Assembly (NCBI GenBank): GCA_963823665.1
Contig: CAWGMQ010000010.1
Span: 1,952,001 to 2,016,000 of the forward strand
Direction of reading: 5' to 3'
DNA: 64,000 nt
Source of the DNA: an uncultured Planctomycetota bacterium
GTDB taxonomy: Bacteria > Planctomycetota > Planctomycetia > Isosphaerales > Isosphaeraceae
The position numbers and the translations under genes were made by a program. This document shows positions 1-11,449 of this stretch, piece after piece (positions within the stretch are counted from its first letter, which is position 1; every line of letters starts with the position of its first letter). The notes under the pieces are model-generated. The model was not told where the DNA came from and made no database searches. It saw nothing but the letters and a program-made list of their open reading frames with translations.

Positions 1-228
1 TTTTTTCAATTGCTCTTCCGTCCAGTGCCTCGGCTTACCGCCAAGGGGGACTACAATGACCTGCATCTGCTTTCCCTTGTTCTTTATGACGTAGGTCTGG
101 GCGCCGCCCGGATCGGTTTCGACTGGTTGCAGCCAGGCAGCATCGGTTTTGACTGGTTGCTGCCTGGCAGCTACGGCTGTCAGCGTCAGAGCAGCAACGA
201 TTGCCGGTAGTAGCAGGAGTTTTTTCAT
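1..228 (-). CDS. Secreted hypothetical protein, 5' part (runs off the window edge)
   Basis: Hand translation from ATG at 228 gives MKKLLLLPAIVAALTLTAVAARQQPVKTDAAWLQPVETDPGGAQTYVIKNKGK..., open to position 1, with a Sec-type signal peptide. Not in the ORF track because it has no stop in the window. Confidence 0.65.
   Translation of the reverse strand, partial: MKKLLLLPAIVAALTLTAVAARQQPVKTDAAWLQPVETDPGGAQTYVIKNKGKQMQVIVVPLGGKPRHWTEEQLKK
112..171. repeat. 30-bp tandem duplication (2 copies) inside the edge gene
   Basis: atcggtttcgactggttgcagccaggcagc followed by atcggttttgactggttgctgcctggcagc (3 mismatches). Confidence 0.85.
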
Positions 229-620
229 GATCTCAATCTACCAAATTGGATTCTCACATGCAATTGAACGGCGCCAGGGGGAGGCCGACCTCTCCCTCGC
301 AGTCAATTCCAAAATCGAAGTATCCGTTGCACATAGTTCTTATCTGGCCGCCATTTCCACTACACGGCCCGGCGAACACGTTTGCGGTAATGGAGTAGTT
401 GAACCAATAGTATAGCCTGCGTATCATCGAGTCAACGAATAGTTCACGGGCGCTGCATCCGTTCTTCTCGGACTATTCATGAAAATCGCGCAGGTGTGCC
501 GGTTCACCGCCCCGCCCCGCGCTTTACTCACCCGCACTGCACGCCCGTCGGCAAGACAGCTTGCCCCGGGGCGCCAGGTCGGGTGTTGCCGCGCTAGAGC
601 ACCGGAGTGCGCCCGCTACA

Positions 621-1076
621 TCAGGTTTCAGGAAGCTCGCGCTTCTTCTCGGAACCGCGCCGCGAGTCGGAGCTTCCCGTGCGGCGGATCACTTCGAGCA
701 TCAGCTTGGCGTGCTCCTGCGCAAGCTCACGGCGCTGTCTTCGCGCATAGCGAAGGGTTGAAAGCGCGTCAAAAAGCGCCAGTGCAAGCAGCCCGATTAT
801 GAGCGCCGCCAAAAAGACGAGATACACCGCTTGCGCGCGCCGCGATGTTCCCGCTGAATCAACAAAGAAAATCGCGCCAGCCAAGAGCAGCATCATCACG
901 ATGCCGATCGAACGCCGCAGATCTTGGCGTTTAGAAAAAAGGCGATCCGTCGCATCTGCATCGGCGCGACGTGCCCGCTTGTCGTACCACTGCCACAAGC
1001 CGAGGAATGCCGCTACCGCCACCGTCCCGATCGCGAAGATCGTGCTCGGCTGCAAGCCAAGCATAAACTCAAGCAT
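621..1076 (-). CDS. Hypothetical membrane protein (about 3 TM helices)
   Basis: ORF 621..1148, probable start MLEFMLG at 1076; three hydrophobic segments and a charged tail. Confidence 0.7.
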   Translation of the reverse strand: MLEFMLGLQPSTIFAIGTVAVAAFLGLWQWYDKRARRADADATDRLFSKRQDLRRSIGIVMMLLLAGAIFFVDSAGTSRRAQAVYLVFLAALIIGLLALALFDALSTLRYARRQRRELAQEHAKLMLEVIRRTGSSDSRRGSEKKRELPET

Positions 1077-1209
1077 ATTATAACGCTCCCTGAGTCCCTG
1101 GGCCGCGGGCAAAATTGTAACGCACGTGTCACAAGAACGTGACAACATTTCCGCTCGAAATGTCAGGAATTCTCTCCACCACGGCCTGCATCCAAGAGTG
1201 CGCGAGTGA

Positions 1210-2571
1210 TCAATACTGGTCCTCGCGCGTCAGTTGCTTCTCGACAGAATCCGCTCTTCGAGCGATCTCGATCATCGCATCGCGCAGCTCTTCGGGGCGG
1301 ACCGTATTGCGCAGGAACGTTCGCGACATCACGAACATCTGTTTGCCCAGCACGTCGTGAATCGAGATGCTGCCGAAGGTCAAGTGGGCATTCAGCAGAA
1401 GTGCATACCGGAAGTGCTTCGGCTCGGCCGGGCCGCATACGGAAAAAACGGACAGGTACTGTTCATCATTCTTTCCTGTGCTCACTTCGATGATGACTTC
1501 CTGCAGCCGCTCGCCCGGCTGGGGCATGATCACCCGAAATGTGTCACGGGCCCCTTGAATGAAGCAGTCCAGGCCTCTGGCGCTCTCACGTACCAGGCTT
1601 TCCGTGTCCCGCAGGCCGTGCAGCACGAGCTGGAACGAATCGGCAAGTTCCCGCGCACTTCCATACCGGTCTGCCGGCGACTTGGCCAGGCACCGCTTGA
1701 GGATCGCATCCAGAGAATCCGGCACCGGCACGATCTCGGTGATCTCCGGAATCGGTTGATGCTGGTGTAATTGAATGACCTGGTGAATATTGTCGCCGAT
1801 GAAGGGGAGCCTGCCGCTCAAGGTGTGGTAGAGCATCACGCCCAGGGCGTAGATGTCCGACTGGGCGCTCGCCGGCGTTCCGCGGAAGAGCTCAGGCGCC
1901 ATGAACGTCGGCGTGCCGGCCAGGGGAGCGCTCCCTTGCGCCAGGTCATCGAGTCGGCGCACCAGCCCGAAGTCGGTGAGCTTGGCGCGCCCGTCCGGGG
2001 TAAGGAGCACGTTGGCCGGCTTGACGTCCCGATGCACAAGCCCCGCATCGTGCGCGGCCTGGAGCGCCAGCCCCACCTGCCTGGCAAGCATGGTGGCACG
2101 CAGCGGCTCGAGCGGGCCCTCCCGCACCAGCGATTCACGCAGCGTCAGTCCCCCCGGAACGTACTCCATCTCGATGAAATGAAGCCCGTGCAGACTGCCA
2201 AGGTTATGAATCGTCACGATATGCGGGTGTATCAGGTTCGCCGCGGCCCTCGCCTCGGCCCAGAACTGTTCCCGAACCCCCGGCTGTTGCACATCCAGGG
2301 CCGGGTCCATGATCTTGAGCGCGCAGTGCCGCCCCAGCTCGAGATGACGCGCTTTGTAAACTCGCGCCATCGATCCCCGGCCGACCATCGACTCGATCTG
2401 ATACTGCCCGAGCTTGCGTCCCAGCAACGAATCGTCGAGAACGACACTCTCCCCCATGGCTGGAGCCTTCGGCACCCGCTGCCGCGCTCCCGGCGAAGCG
2501 TGCACAACCGTCTCCTCGAGCTTGCTTCCAGGTGCTCTGACGACAGTTCGAGGTGGTGTGTTTTTCTTCAT
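1210..2571 (-). CDS. Ser/Thr protein kinase with C-terminal YbjN/T3SS-chaperone-like domain
   Basis: GRGSMARVY, ALK, HRDVKPAN, DFG and GTPTFMAPE motifs. The C-terminal ~130 aa (LSVFSVCGPA...IARRADSVEKQLTREDQY) resembles the YbjN family. Start codon uncertain. Confidence 0.85.
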   Translation of the reverse strand: MKKNTPPRTVVRAPGSKLEETVVHASPGARQRVPKAPAMGESVVLDDSLLGRKLGQYQIESMVGRGSMARVYKARHLELGRHCALKIMDPALDVQQPGVREQFWAEARAAANLIHPHIVTIHNLGSLHGLHFIEMEYVPGGLTLRESLVREGPLEPLRATMLARQVGLALQAAHDAGLVHRDVKPANVLLTPDGRAKLTDFGLVRRLDDLAQGSAPLAGTPTFMAPELFRGTPASAQSDIYALGVMLYHTLSGRLPFIGDNIHQVIQLHQHQPIPEITEIVPVPDSLDAILKRCLAKSPADRYGSARELADSFQLVLHGLRDTESLVRESARGLDCFIQGARDTFRVIMPQPGERLQEVIIEVSTGKNDEQYLSVFSVCGPAEPKHFRYALLLNAHLTFGSISIHDVLGKQMFVMSRTFLRNTVRPEELRDAMIEIARRADSVEKQLTREDQY

Positions 2572-2893
2572 CAGACTTGAATGAACCGACAAAACAAACT
2601 CCGCGTTAATAGTATGCGAGTACCAATGATTGCATGACCTCAAAGGTCCGCGCGTATCACCACACTTATTCAGCCACGATATTATTCGGCTGTGAAGAGA
2701 GAAAGTCGACCGCGAATCCCCCACATTTTTCAGAACCATCAGGCCGGTAACCCTTTACAAAACACGATTCCTACATAAACTCACAACGCCCCGGCTCCGC
2801 ACTGTCGGAGGAATTCCGTGAAATCGCCACGCCGCTCCATCGCGGTCGTGATGGCGCTGATCGCCCGGGTGGCGCTTGACCTGGCCGCGCTTC

Positions 2894-4358
2894 TCACGCG
2901 TTGTACGATGACGAAGCGGTCATCCCGCCGCGCCCCGTCCAGTTCGTGTGGAAAAACTCCCCCCGGGGGCGGTCGACGCGTTCGTATTGATGGGCCCCGA
3001 AGTAGTCGCGCTGGGCTTGCAGCAGGTTCGCGGGTAGGGACGCGCAGCGGTAGCCGTCGAAATAGGAGAGCGCGGCCGTCATGGATGGCGCGGGAATCCC
3101 CCCGCCAGCCGCCGCCATCACCGTGCGCCGCCAGCCAAGCTGAGAGCGCTCGAGCTCGTCGCGAAAATACGGGTCGAGCATGAGGTTTGCCAGCTTCGTG
3201 TTCTGCTCGAACGCGGTCTTGATCTTGCCCAGGAACACGCTCCGGATGATGCATCCGCCGCGCCACATCAGTGCCACACCGCCGCGGTTGATCTCCCAGT
3301 TCGATTCCCTCGCCTGCGCGTCCATGAGCGCGAAACCCTGTGCGTAGGAGACCATCTTGCTGGCGTAAAGCGCCTGTTCAATGTCGTCGACAGACGCCCG
3401 AACCGCTTCTGGTCCGGAAAGCGTCGAGCCGTTGAGCAGCTTCGCCGCCGCCACTCGCTCCTCTTTCTGGGCCGAAAGGCAGCGTGCGAAGACCGCCTCG
3501 GCAATGAGCGTCAGCGGCACGCCCTGGTCCGCGGCCGAAACCACCGTCCACTTTCCCGTCCCTTTCTGGCCGGCGGCGTCGAGTATCAGGTCGACCATGG
3601 GCTTCTTTGTCTCGGGATCGATGTAGGCCAGGATATCGCGGGTGATCTCGATCAGGTAGCTGTCGAGCAGCGCCCTCGTTCCAGCGTGCGAAGACGTCAT
3701 GAATCTGGGCCGGCTCCATACCAAGCGACTGCCGCAGCAGGAAATAGGCCTCGCAGATGAGCTGCATGTCGCCATATTCGATGCCGTTGTGCACCATCTT
3801 GACGAAATGCCCCGCGCCCTCGGGCCCGACCCAGTCGCAGCAGGGTGTTCCATCCTCGACCTTGGCGGCAATCGCCTGAAAGATCGGCTTGACGTGCGGC
3901 CATGCCGCCGGATCGCCGCCGGGCATGATCGAAGGTCCCTTGAGCGCCCCCTCTTCGCCGCCGGACACGCCTGTTCCAATAAAATGCAGCCCCTTGGCCT
4001 TGAGCGCCTTGGTGCGCCGGGTCGAATCCGGGAAATGTGAATTGCCGCCGTCGATCAGGATGTCCCCAGGCGAAAGCAACGGGACGAACTCATCGATCAC
4101 CTGGTCCACCGCGTCGGCCTTGACCATGATCATGATCTTGCGAGGCGCCTTGAGCGCGGCGACCAGTTCCTGCGGCGATCGTGTGCCGACGATCTTCTTC
4201 CCCTTGGCTCGCCCCTCGACAAACGCGTCGACCCGAGAAGTCGTCCGGTTGAACACCGCGACGGTGAAACCGTGGCTCTCCATGTTCAGGACGAGGTTCT
4301 CACCCATCACCGCCAGGCCGACCAGCCCGATGTCGGCGGTTTGCGCACTGGATGCCAT
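2894..4358 (-). CDS. gnd: 6-phosphogluconate dehydrogenase, NADP-dependent, decarboxylating (one apparent frameshift near 3675)
   Basis: ORF 3378..4373 has IGLVGLAVMGENL, DGGNS and VKMVHNGIEYGDMQ. ORF 2894..3979 has LDSYLIEIT, GQKGTGKWT, WRGGCIIRS and QAQRDYFGAH. Confidence 0.95.
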
Positions 4359-4472
4359 GCTTTCGGCCCTCACTGGGTCATCGCTTGCCGGAATTGTCTC
4401 GATCGCGCAGATTGTACCAACCTGCGTACGACAATTCGACGATCCTCGGCCGGCAGCCTCGCTGTGCCCCGT

Positions 4473-5372
4473 TCAGTCGTGCTTCCACGGCGGCCGTTCC
4501 GGCAGCAGCTTGAAGAATCGGGCGAGCTGGGCCTCCATGTACTGACCCGCATATTCCCCGGCAAAGAACCGCGGCAGCGCTTCCTCGAAGAAGCGTTGCC
4601 ACGCCTCTTCCTCGGCACCGGGGTCAATCGGGTAGAAGAGCACGCCATTGCTCCGCGCCGCCTCGTAGTCGCCGAGCGCGTCGCCGACCATGAGGATCTT
4701 CTCGGGCTCATATCGGCCGCCGGCGGCAAGCGCCAGGTGCTCTTTCTTGCTCCCCAGCTCCTGGCCTGCCAGAAGCCCCACGTGCTCGAAAAGCCCGTGC
4801 TCGCGCCATTCCCGCTCGAGCGCTTCGCCCGGCGTCGCCGAGACCACCATCACGTCCGCCTTGCCCGCCATGCTCTCGAGCGACTCCCGGACCAGCGGAA
4901 ACGGAGGAACCTCGACCACGATTTCACTGATCGATCGGTTGACCGCCTCGCTCCATCGCAGTGCCCGCTCGAGGTCGGCGTCACCCGTCTCTTTCACCTT
5001 CAAGGCCAGCGCCGGGTTCGCCAGCTTCGTCTCCTCGAGGATCCAGGCCCGCACGCTCTGAAGCTCCGGAAGCTGCGGCCGCCTCCGTGAGACTTCCACG
5101 CGGTCCGCAAGCACATCCATCAGCAGCACCAGCCCCGGAAACCGGTTGATCCCCCGCCACTTTGAATAGAGATTAAGGAATTCGGCCGCCTCCCGCGCAT
5201 ACTTCGAGATCGACGCCAGGCGGTAAAACTTGATGATGTTCGGTATGAAGCATTCTTTATGCTTCACCTCCATCGTGTCGAAAGCGCATCCGTCGCTGTC
5301 GATCCCGATGAAGAAATCATGCAGCTTCGCGAATTCACGGAGGTGATGCTGTTGATTTACAGACACACTCAT
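4473..5372 (-). CDS. HAD-family hydrolase/phosphatase
   Basis: Motif I DSDGC, motif II VVS, motif IV MVGDALGD. Confidence 0.85.
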   Translation of the reverse strand: MSVSVNQQHHLREFAKLHDFFIGIDSDGCAFDTMEVKHKECFIPNIIKFYRLASISKYAREAAEFLNLYSKWRGINRFPGLVLLMDVLADRVEVSRRRPQLPELQSVRAWILEETKLANPALALKVKETGDADLERALRWSEAVNRSISEIVVEVPPFPLVRESLESMAGKADVMVVSATPGEALEREWREHGLFEHVGLLAGQELGSKKEHLALAAGGRYEPEKILMVGDALGDYEAARSNGVLFYPIDPGAEEEAWQRFFEEALPRFFAGEYAGQYMEAQLARFFKLLPERPPWKHD

Positions 5373-5620
5373 GCATGTGGATGAAGGAACGCACGTGCCA
5401 CGGTTCCGCCAGCGGGCTTGAACGAAATCGTATGGGGTGGAGAAGGGGTTGTCCAGTGACTTCGCCCGCGACCGTTCCGATTTGTTCGTCTCATGCAATT
5501 GGTGCAAGCATTTTGGATTCAGCTACCTGTTTCTGGTTCGTGAATTGAGGAGTGAGATTCGATCTGGTAACGTCAAGGTCACGATAAGGGTCTCTGCGCG
5601 TAGAATTTGGGGATGCCGCG

Positions 5621-7043
5621 GTGCGCCGTGAGGCATCAACTGCAACCCTGGCGCCTGGAGGCTCGGACGTGCCGCGGTCAGCAATAACCGGGAGGGCCGA
5701 TTTGGCGAGCTCCGAGAAACCCAAGGAAGCGCAGAGCGTTCCACGAGATTTACTGCCGGTCATGCGCGCCTCGGGCGTGATTTCCGAGCGCCAGCTCGCG
5801 GAGATTCAGCGCCAAGATCCTGCACGGCGACTTTCCTCAGGATTCCGTCGAGCTGGCCGAGGCCTTGGTGCGCGACAAGATCATCACGCCCTTCCAGGCC
5901 CGGCGGTTCCTGTCGAATCGGCCCAATGGCTTGATCGTGGGCCGCTACGTGATCCTCGACCGGATCGGCTCCGGCTCGATGGGGCGAGTCTACAAGGCCC
6001 ATCACCCGATGATGGACCGCACCGTCGCACTCAAGATCATCGCCCCGGAAATCGCCGCCAACGAGCGGGTCGTCGCCCGGTTTCAGCGCGAGATGCGGCT
6101 CGTCGGCCGGCTCGATCATCCCAACGTTGTCCGCGCCTTTGATGCTGACCAAATTCATAAAATCTTATATATCGTAATGGAGTATGTGACTGGCCAGACA
6201 CTGGGCGAGCTTGTCAAGAAGAAGCCCCTTCCGCCCCTCGATATGGCCGATTTCGGGTTTCAAGCGGCCCTTGGCCTGGCGCATGCTCACGACCAGGGTA
6301 TCGTCCATCGCGACGTCAAGCCGTCCAACATCCTCTTGACCGAAGACCGCAAGATCAAGGTCCTCGACCTGGGCCTGGGCGTGCTCATGGAAGCCGACAA
6401 CGCCGCAACGTTCGCCACGGCCGACGGCATTGCGGTCGGAACCGTCGACTACATGTCTCCCGAGCAAGCCTGCGGCAGAGAAGTGGATGGCCGCAGCGAT
6501 CTGTACGGCCTGGGCTGCTCGATGTACTACCTCCTGACGGGCAATCTTCCGTTCCCCGGCAGCTCACCCATCGAGCGGCTCGGCAAGCGGATCAGCGGCC
6601 GCCATGTTCCGATCACGGAGCACCTCCCGGATCTTTCCCCGAATTTTGTAAAAGTGATCGACCGGCTGCTTGCCCCCAAGCCGCACGAGCGATTCGCAAC
6701 CGCCGCCGATGCGGCCGACGCCCTGCAGAGCCTGTTGAAGCCCAGGACCAGGCCGTCTCCCGCTCAGCAGGCGCAAGCACCGGCCCCCGCGAGCGCCGCG
6801 CCGGTTGCGGGTCCGCCCGATGCGAAACCAGCCATTGCCGCCAAGCCGCAGGCCGCTCCGGCCCCGGCCGACGGCCCGATGGTCGTGAAGATTCGGCCCA
6901 AGTATCCCTCCTGGTTCGAGCCCGCCGCCCGCCTCGCCGAAACCCGCCCAAAGTACGCGCTCGCGACCACGGTCTCGATTCTAGTGGTCGTCTTTACGGC
7001 AGGAATCGTTGCTGGGTTGATCTTGAAGGCTTTCTTGGGCTAA
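5621..7043 (+). CDS. Ser/Thr protein kinase with Pro/Ala-rich linker and C-terminal TM helix (apparent frameshift near 5810)
   Basis: ORF 5865..7043 has GSGSMGRVY, HRDVKPSN, DLG and GTVDYMSPE. The N-terminal part lies in ORF 5621..6142. Start uncertain. Confidence 0.85.
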
Positions 7044-8059
7044 TGGTGCGCCCCCGCGTGAACTGGCTCCGGCTCTACACTCTTCGCCGGAACATGCTCG
7101 ATCACCGCTCGAAGCGCATCGACCAGGTGCGGATACTTGAACACATACCCGAGCTCGAGCGCCTTCTTCGGCAAAACTCGCTGCCCCGTCGTGATCACGC
7201 TCGCCGCCTCACCCAGAACAAGCCGCAGCAGACCGTCCGGCGGTCCGAACGGCAGATAAACCCTCCAGGGCGTATAAGGCTTGCGTAAAACAGCCGAGAA
7301 CGTCCGTGCGAACTCAGAATTGCGCACCGGCTCAGGCGCCGTCCCGTTGAGTGGCCCCTTGGCCGCGCCGTTCTCAATCGCCAGCCGGAAAAGACCGACG
7401 ATGTCGTCGATGTGAATCCAGCTCATCCACTGATTCCCCTCGGCAATCAGCTTGCCTGCCGCACCAATCGGCGCTCCCGGCCCGATCTTGAAGATCGGCG
7501 TCATGATCTTGAGCGCGCCCCCGCCGGGAGCCAGCACGATTCCGGTCCGTAGCATCACCCGCCGGACACCCAGTCCCTCGAGCCCCGCCGAGGCTTCCTC
7601 GGCCTCCCGGCAGATCACGGCGAGCAGGTCCGAGCCGGACCCGGCCGACTCATCGAATTCCTGATCGCCCTGCGCGCCGTAAAAGCCGATGGCAGAACCG
7701 TGAATAAACACCGGCGGGCGCTCTCGCGCCTGCTTGATCGCGGCGGCCAGTTGCTCCGCGCTGTGCACGCGGCTGTCGCGCAGCTTGCGCTTGATCTCGG
7801 TGTTCCAGCGATTGGCGAAGATGTTGTGACCGGCAAGATTCACGACCGCATCGCAGCCGTCCAGCTCGTCCTGCCATCGCCCGGGCGCTACCGGGTCGCC
7901 TTGAACGATCCGGAAGGGCCACATTTCTCGACGGCGACGAATTAGATCCGCGTGTCGCGACAGGATGATCGGCTCATGCCCGTCTTCCTGAAGCGACTGC
8001 GCCAGACGCACTCCGATCAGCCCCGACCCGCCCGCAAGAAAAACGCGCAGCTTCGACAT
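7040..8059 (-). CDS. TIGR01777/YfcH-like NAD-dependent epimerase family protein
   Basis: MSKLRVFLAGGSGLIG, AVVNLAG, SAIGFYG, LRTGIVL, MSWIHIDD and GQRVLPKKALELGY motifs. Confidence 0.9.
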   Translation of the reverse strand: MSKLRVFLAGGSGLIGVRLAQSLQEDGHEPIILSRHADLIRRRREMWPFRIVQGDPVAPGRWQDELDGCDAVVNLAGHNIFANRWNTEIKRKLRDSRVHSAEQLAAAIKQARERPPVFIHGSAIGFYGAQGDQEFDESAGSGSDLLAVICREAEEASAGLEGLGVRRVMLRTGIVLAPGGGALKIMTPIFKIGPGAPIGAAGKLIAEGNQWMSWIHIDDIVGLFRLAIENGAAKGPLNGTAPEPVRNSEFARTFSAVLRKPYTPWRVYLPFGPPDGLLRLVLGEAASVITTGQRVLPKKALELGYVFKYPHLVDALRAVIEHVPAKSVEPEPVHAGAHH

Positions 8060-8306
8060 CCCCGCCGATCCCTCCTGATCTCGCTGTTTTCCCCGAATGT
8101 ACACAGAGTTGCCATCTTCGGGTGTCAACGAATCGCCGTCAAGCATGGTGAGCGTGCTCCGTCGCAAAGGAGATGTGGAATCGGTGTGAACTCGCGGTGA
8201 AGTTCGCTCCAGCCGGTTGGCTGCCGCCTCGGGCCTTGATAACATTCGATCGTCGTTCCTCGAGGGAAGTCGAAGATCCGGCTCCGACATGGGAGGAAAA
8301 GAGCCA

Positions 8307-9200
8307 ATGACGACGCGCGTGAGCAAGTGGTTCGATCTGACCGATCTCGTGCCCGCTTACGAGCCGCGGATGCCGGTCGTGCTGGTCAATGGTCTCGCGG
8401 AGCAATCCGAGAGCTGGTTCGCCAACCGATCGGCGCTGTCACGACACTTCGACCTGAAGGTGCCCGAGATCCTGGTTTACGATGGCGATTCGCTCCATCG
8501 GCGGATCGAGTCCGGCGGCGAGATCAACGTCGAGTACCTTGCCGATCGCCTTTGCCTGTATCTGGACGAGTTTGTTCAACGATCGCCGAGCCATCTGGTG
8601 GCTTCGAGTCTCGGCTGCCAGGTCGCGCTTTCCGTCGCCGTACGGCGCCCGGAACACATTGCCAAGCTGGTGCTGATCGCCCCGTCCGGATTTCACGGAG
8701 GCGAGAGCCTGCCCATGATCGACGGCGTGCGCCGCAGCGCCACGGCGGGGCTGGTTCGCGCGGTCTTTCATGGCGGCCGGTTCGCAACCAAGGAGCTGGT
8801 TGCCGATGTGCACAGCAAGCTGCAGGATCGCCGATGGAAAAAGGGCGTTCTGCGCACGCTCAGGGGCACGGTCGGGAATTCCGTCGCTCCGCTCCTGCCG
8901 CTCGTTTCGCAGAATGTTCTCGTGATCTGGGGCGCCGAGGATCGAGTGCTCACGGATCTCCCCGGCGCGATTCTCGCCGGCGAGCGAATCCGCCGTGCGC
9001 GCCAGGTTGTCATTCCCAGGTGCGGCCACGCTCCTCAGATCGAGCGAGCCGGCCTGGTCAATCGGCTCATCTCCCAGTTCCTCCGCGACCAGCTCAAGTC
9101 GATTCCGCTCGATCTCGCGCCGCAGAGGTTCCTGTCGCGCATTGCCGAGCCTTCCGGCGCCGGCCGTTCGATCGAAGCACCTGCCCATTCTGTTTCATGA
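8307..9200 (+). CDS. Alpha/beta-fold hydrolase or acyltransferase
   Basis: Nucleophile elbow ASSLG, acid in WGAED, His in CGHAPQIE; GGGAGG just upstream; stop overlaps the next start (ATGA). Confidence 0.85.
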   Translation: MTTRVSKWFDLTDLVPAYEPRMPVVLVNGLAEQSESWFANRSALSRHFDLKVPEILVYDGDSLHRRIESGGEINVEYLADRLCLYLDEFVQRSPSHLVASSLGCQVALSVAVRRPEHIAKLVLIAPSGFHGGESLPMIDGVRRSATAGLVRAVFHGGRFATKELVADVHSKLQDRRWKKGVLRTLRGTVGNSVAPLLPLVSQNVLVIWGAEDRVLTDLPGAILAGERIRRARQVVIPRCGHAPQIERAGLVNRLISQFLRDQLKSIPLDLAPQRFLSRIAEPSGAGRSIEAPAHSVS

Positions 9201-9787
9201 ATGCTACAGTCCGCGATTTCACCCTGTTCCTGGGCAAGTTCTTGAGGCATGGAACGGCGATCGCCAGCATCGCCCCCAGCAGCCGCTGGCTCTCGCGCTT
9301 GACTGTGCGAAACGTTGAATGGGCCCGTGCCAGGGCGATCGTTGAGTTGGGCGCCGGCACAGGGCCGATCACACGCGTGATCGCCGAGCGGGCGCACCCC
9401 GAATGCCGTGTCCTGGTCGTCGAGCGCGACCCCGATTTCGCTCGCCTGCTCCGGGACCGGTTCGCTGCCTTGCCGAATTTTGAAATCATCAGCGAAGACG
9501 TCGCCGATTTGAGCGCGATCCTCCTCGACCGGGGAATCAGGTCGGTCGACCACGTCATATCGGGTCTGCCGGTTCCCTCGTTCCCACGCGTCTTGCAGCG
9601 ATCGCTGTTCCGGGCCGTCAGCCGTGTGCTCGGCCCGGAAGGAACGTTTAATCAGCTCACCGAGATCCCCTGGCTTTACCGCCGGCTTTACCAGCGGCAG
9701 TTCGAGGAAGTGCAGTTCGTGCTCGAGCCGCGCAACTTACCCCCGGCCGGCACTTATTTTTGCCGCCGGCCTCGCCCGCTCGAATAG
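9197..9787 (+). CDS. olsG: Lipid N-methyltransferase, PmtA/OlsG-like class I SAM-dependent
   Basis: 3' part of ORF 8327..9787 from MNATVRDF, with IASIAPSSRWL, VELGAGTG, VISGLP and RNLPPA motifs. OlsG of Singulisphaera acidiphila is the characterised planctomycete member; orthology is not verified. Confidence 0.6.
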   Translation: MNATVRDFTLFLGKFLRHGTAIASIAPSSRWLSRLTVRNVEWARARAIVELGAGTGPITRVIAERAHPECRVLVVERDPDFARLLRDRFAALPNFEIISEDVADLSAILLDRGIRSVDHVISGLPVPSFPRVLQRSLFRAVSRVLGPEGTFNQLTEIPWLYRRLYQRQFEEVQFVLEPRNLPPAGTYFCRRPRPLE

Positions 9788-9802
9788 GCAAATCACGGGC
9801 AG

Positions 9803-11419
9803 ATGAACGCGCAGACGCAGAATCTGACTCAGGCTCCTTTGACCGATGCACCCGGGCGCAGGGCGCTTCCCGGCGCGTTCGAGCGCCGGCTCGTCAATGC
9901 CGGATTTCGCTTGACGAGTGCGCTCAGGCGTCGCGCACTGGAGCGTGCCGATCCCGTTCGAGCCCAGCAGATCGAACTGCGCCGGCTGTTGAAGAAGGCG
10001 CGAGCGACGAAGTTCGGCCGCGAGCATCGATTCGACAGAATCGATTCGGTGCCGGCGTTCCAGCGCGCGGTCCCGATCCGGACATACGAAGCGCTTTGGA
10101 ATGAGTTCTTGCGCGCAGCTACCCCGTCTTCGAGAACCTCACGTGGCCGGGCGCATTCCCTACATCGCGCTCTCCAGCGGCACGAGCCAGGGTCCGACCA
10201 AGTTCATTCCGGTTTCCTGGGAGATGCTGCGATCGAACCGGCGGGCGAGCCAGCACGATGCTCGCCTGGCACATCGGCTCCCGGCCGGGCTCGCGAGTCT
10301 TCGACGGCCGGATCTGCGTGCTGGGAGGCTCGACGAATCTTGAAAGCGTAGCTCCGGGCGTATTCCAGGGCGACCTGAGCGGAATCGCGGCCGTCGAGGT
10401 GCCGCGGCTGCTAAAGCCCTATGCGTTTCCGCCACTCGAGCTGGCACTCGAATCAGACTGGGACAAGAAGATCTCTCGACTCGCCGAGGCGGCCGTTCAT
10501 GAGCACATCACACTCCTCTCCGGCGTGCCGAGCTGGCTGATCGAGTTCCTGGAGCGCGTGCTCGATCACACCGGCAAGTCCCGGATCGTCGATGTCTGGC
10601 CGCAGCTCGAGCTGATCGTCCACGGCGGCGTGAAGTTTGATCCGTATCGCCAATCATTCCGGTCGCTGGTTGGCTCCGCCGACGTCGTGTTCCAGGAGGT
10701 CTATCCCAGCTCGGAAGGGTTCATCGCCTACGGCGACCCCGCCACGGGCCTGCTTCGACTGGTATTTGACCACGGCATCTTTTTTGAATTCATCCCGGTG
10801 GATGAGCTCGATTCGCCGCACCCTGTCCGGCACTGGCTCGGAACCGCCCAGCCGGGTGTAAATTACGCGATCGTCGTATCAACCTGCGCGGGCATGTGGG
10901 CCCATCTGATCGGCGACACCATTCGCTTCGAGTCGCTTGCCCCTCCGCTCCTCACGTTCACCGGACGCACCGGCAACTGGCTTTCAGCCTTTGGCGAGCA
11001 TCTCATCAACGAGGAGGTCGAGGAAGCAATCGCCCATTCCCTTCTGGTCACCGGGGCAGCCTTGCGCGACTGGCACATCGGGCCGGTGTTCCATTCCGCA
11101 GGAATGGGGCATCACCTCCTCGTTGTCGAGTTCGACGCCGAGCCGCACGATCCCGCCCGGTTCCGTGACGAGTTTGACGGGCAGCTCTGTCGCCGCAACG
11201 CCGACTACCAGGCCCATCGCACCGGCGGCGCAGGGCTGCCGCCCCCGGCGTTGATCATCGCCCGCCGTGGCGCGTTTCGAAGGCTGGATGCGCTCGCGAG
11301 GCAAGCTCGGCGGCCAGCATAAGGTTCCCAGAATGGATAGCGGCGGCGCCTTGACGGGCGAGCTCATTCAGTTCTTGCGCGCGACGGCCAACGTCCGCGT
11401 GGAGCTATCGGAAGTCTGA
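9803..11419 (+). CDS. GH3-family acyl-acid amido synthetase (several apparent frameshifts near 10115-10255 and 11278)
   Basis: Joined ORFs 9803, 10101 and 10258 plus a hand-read tail give ATKFGREHRF, ALSSGTS, IVHGGV, YPSSEG, IGDTIRF, FGEHLI and WMRSRGKLGGQHKVPRM, ending at TGA 11417-11419. Confidence 0.88.
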
Positions 11420-11449
11420 GGCCAGACACCAGCCAGCAATTCAATCCGA

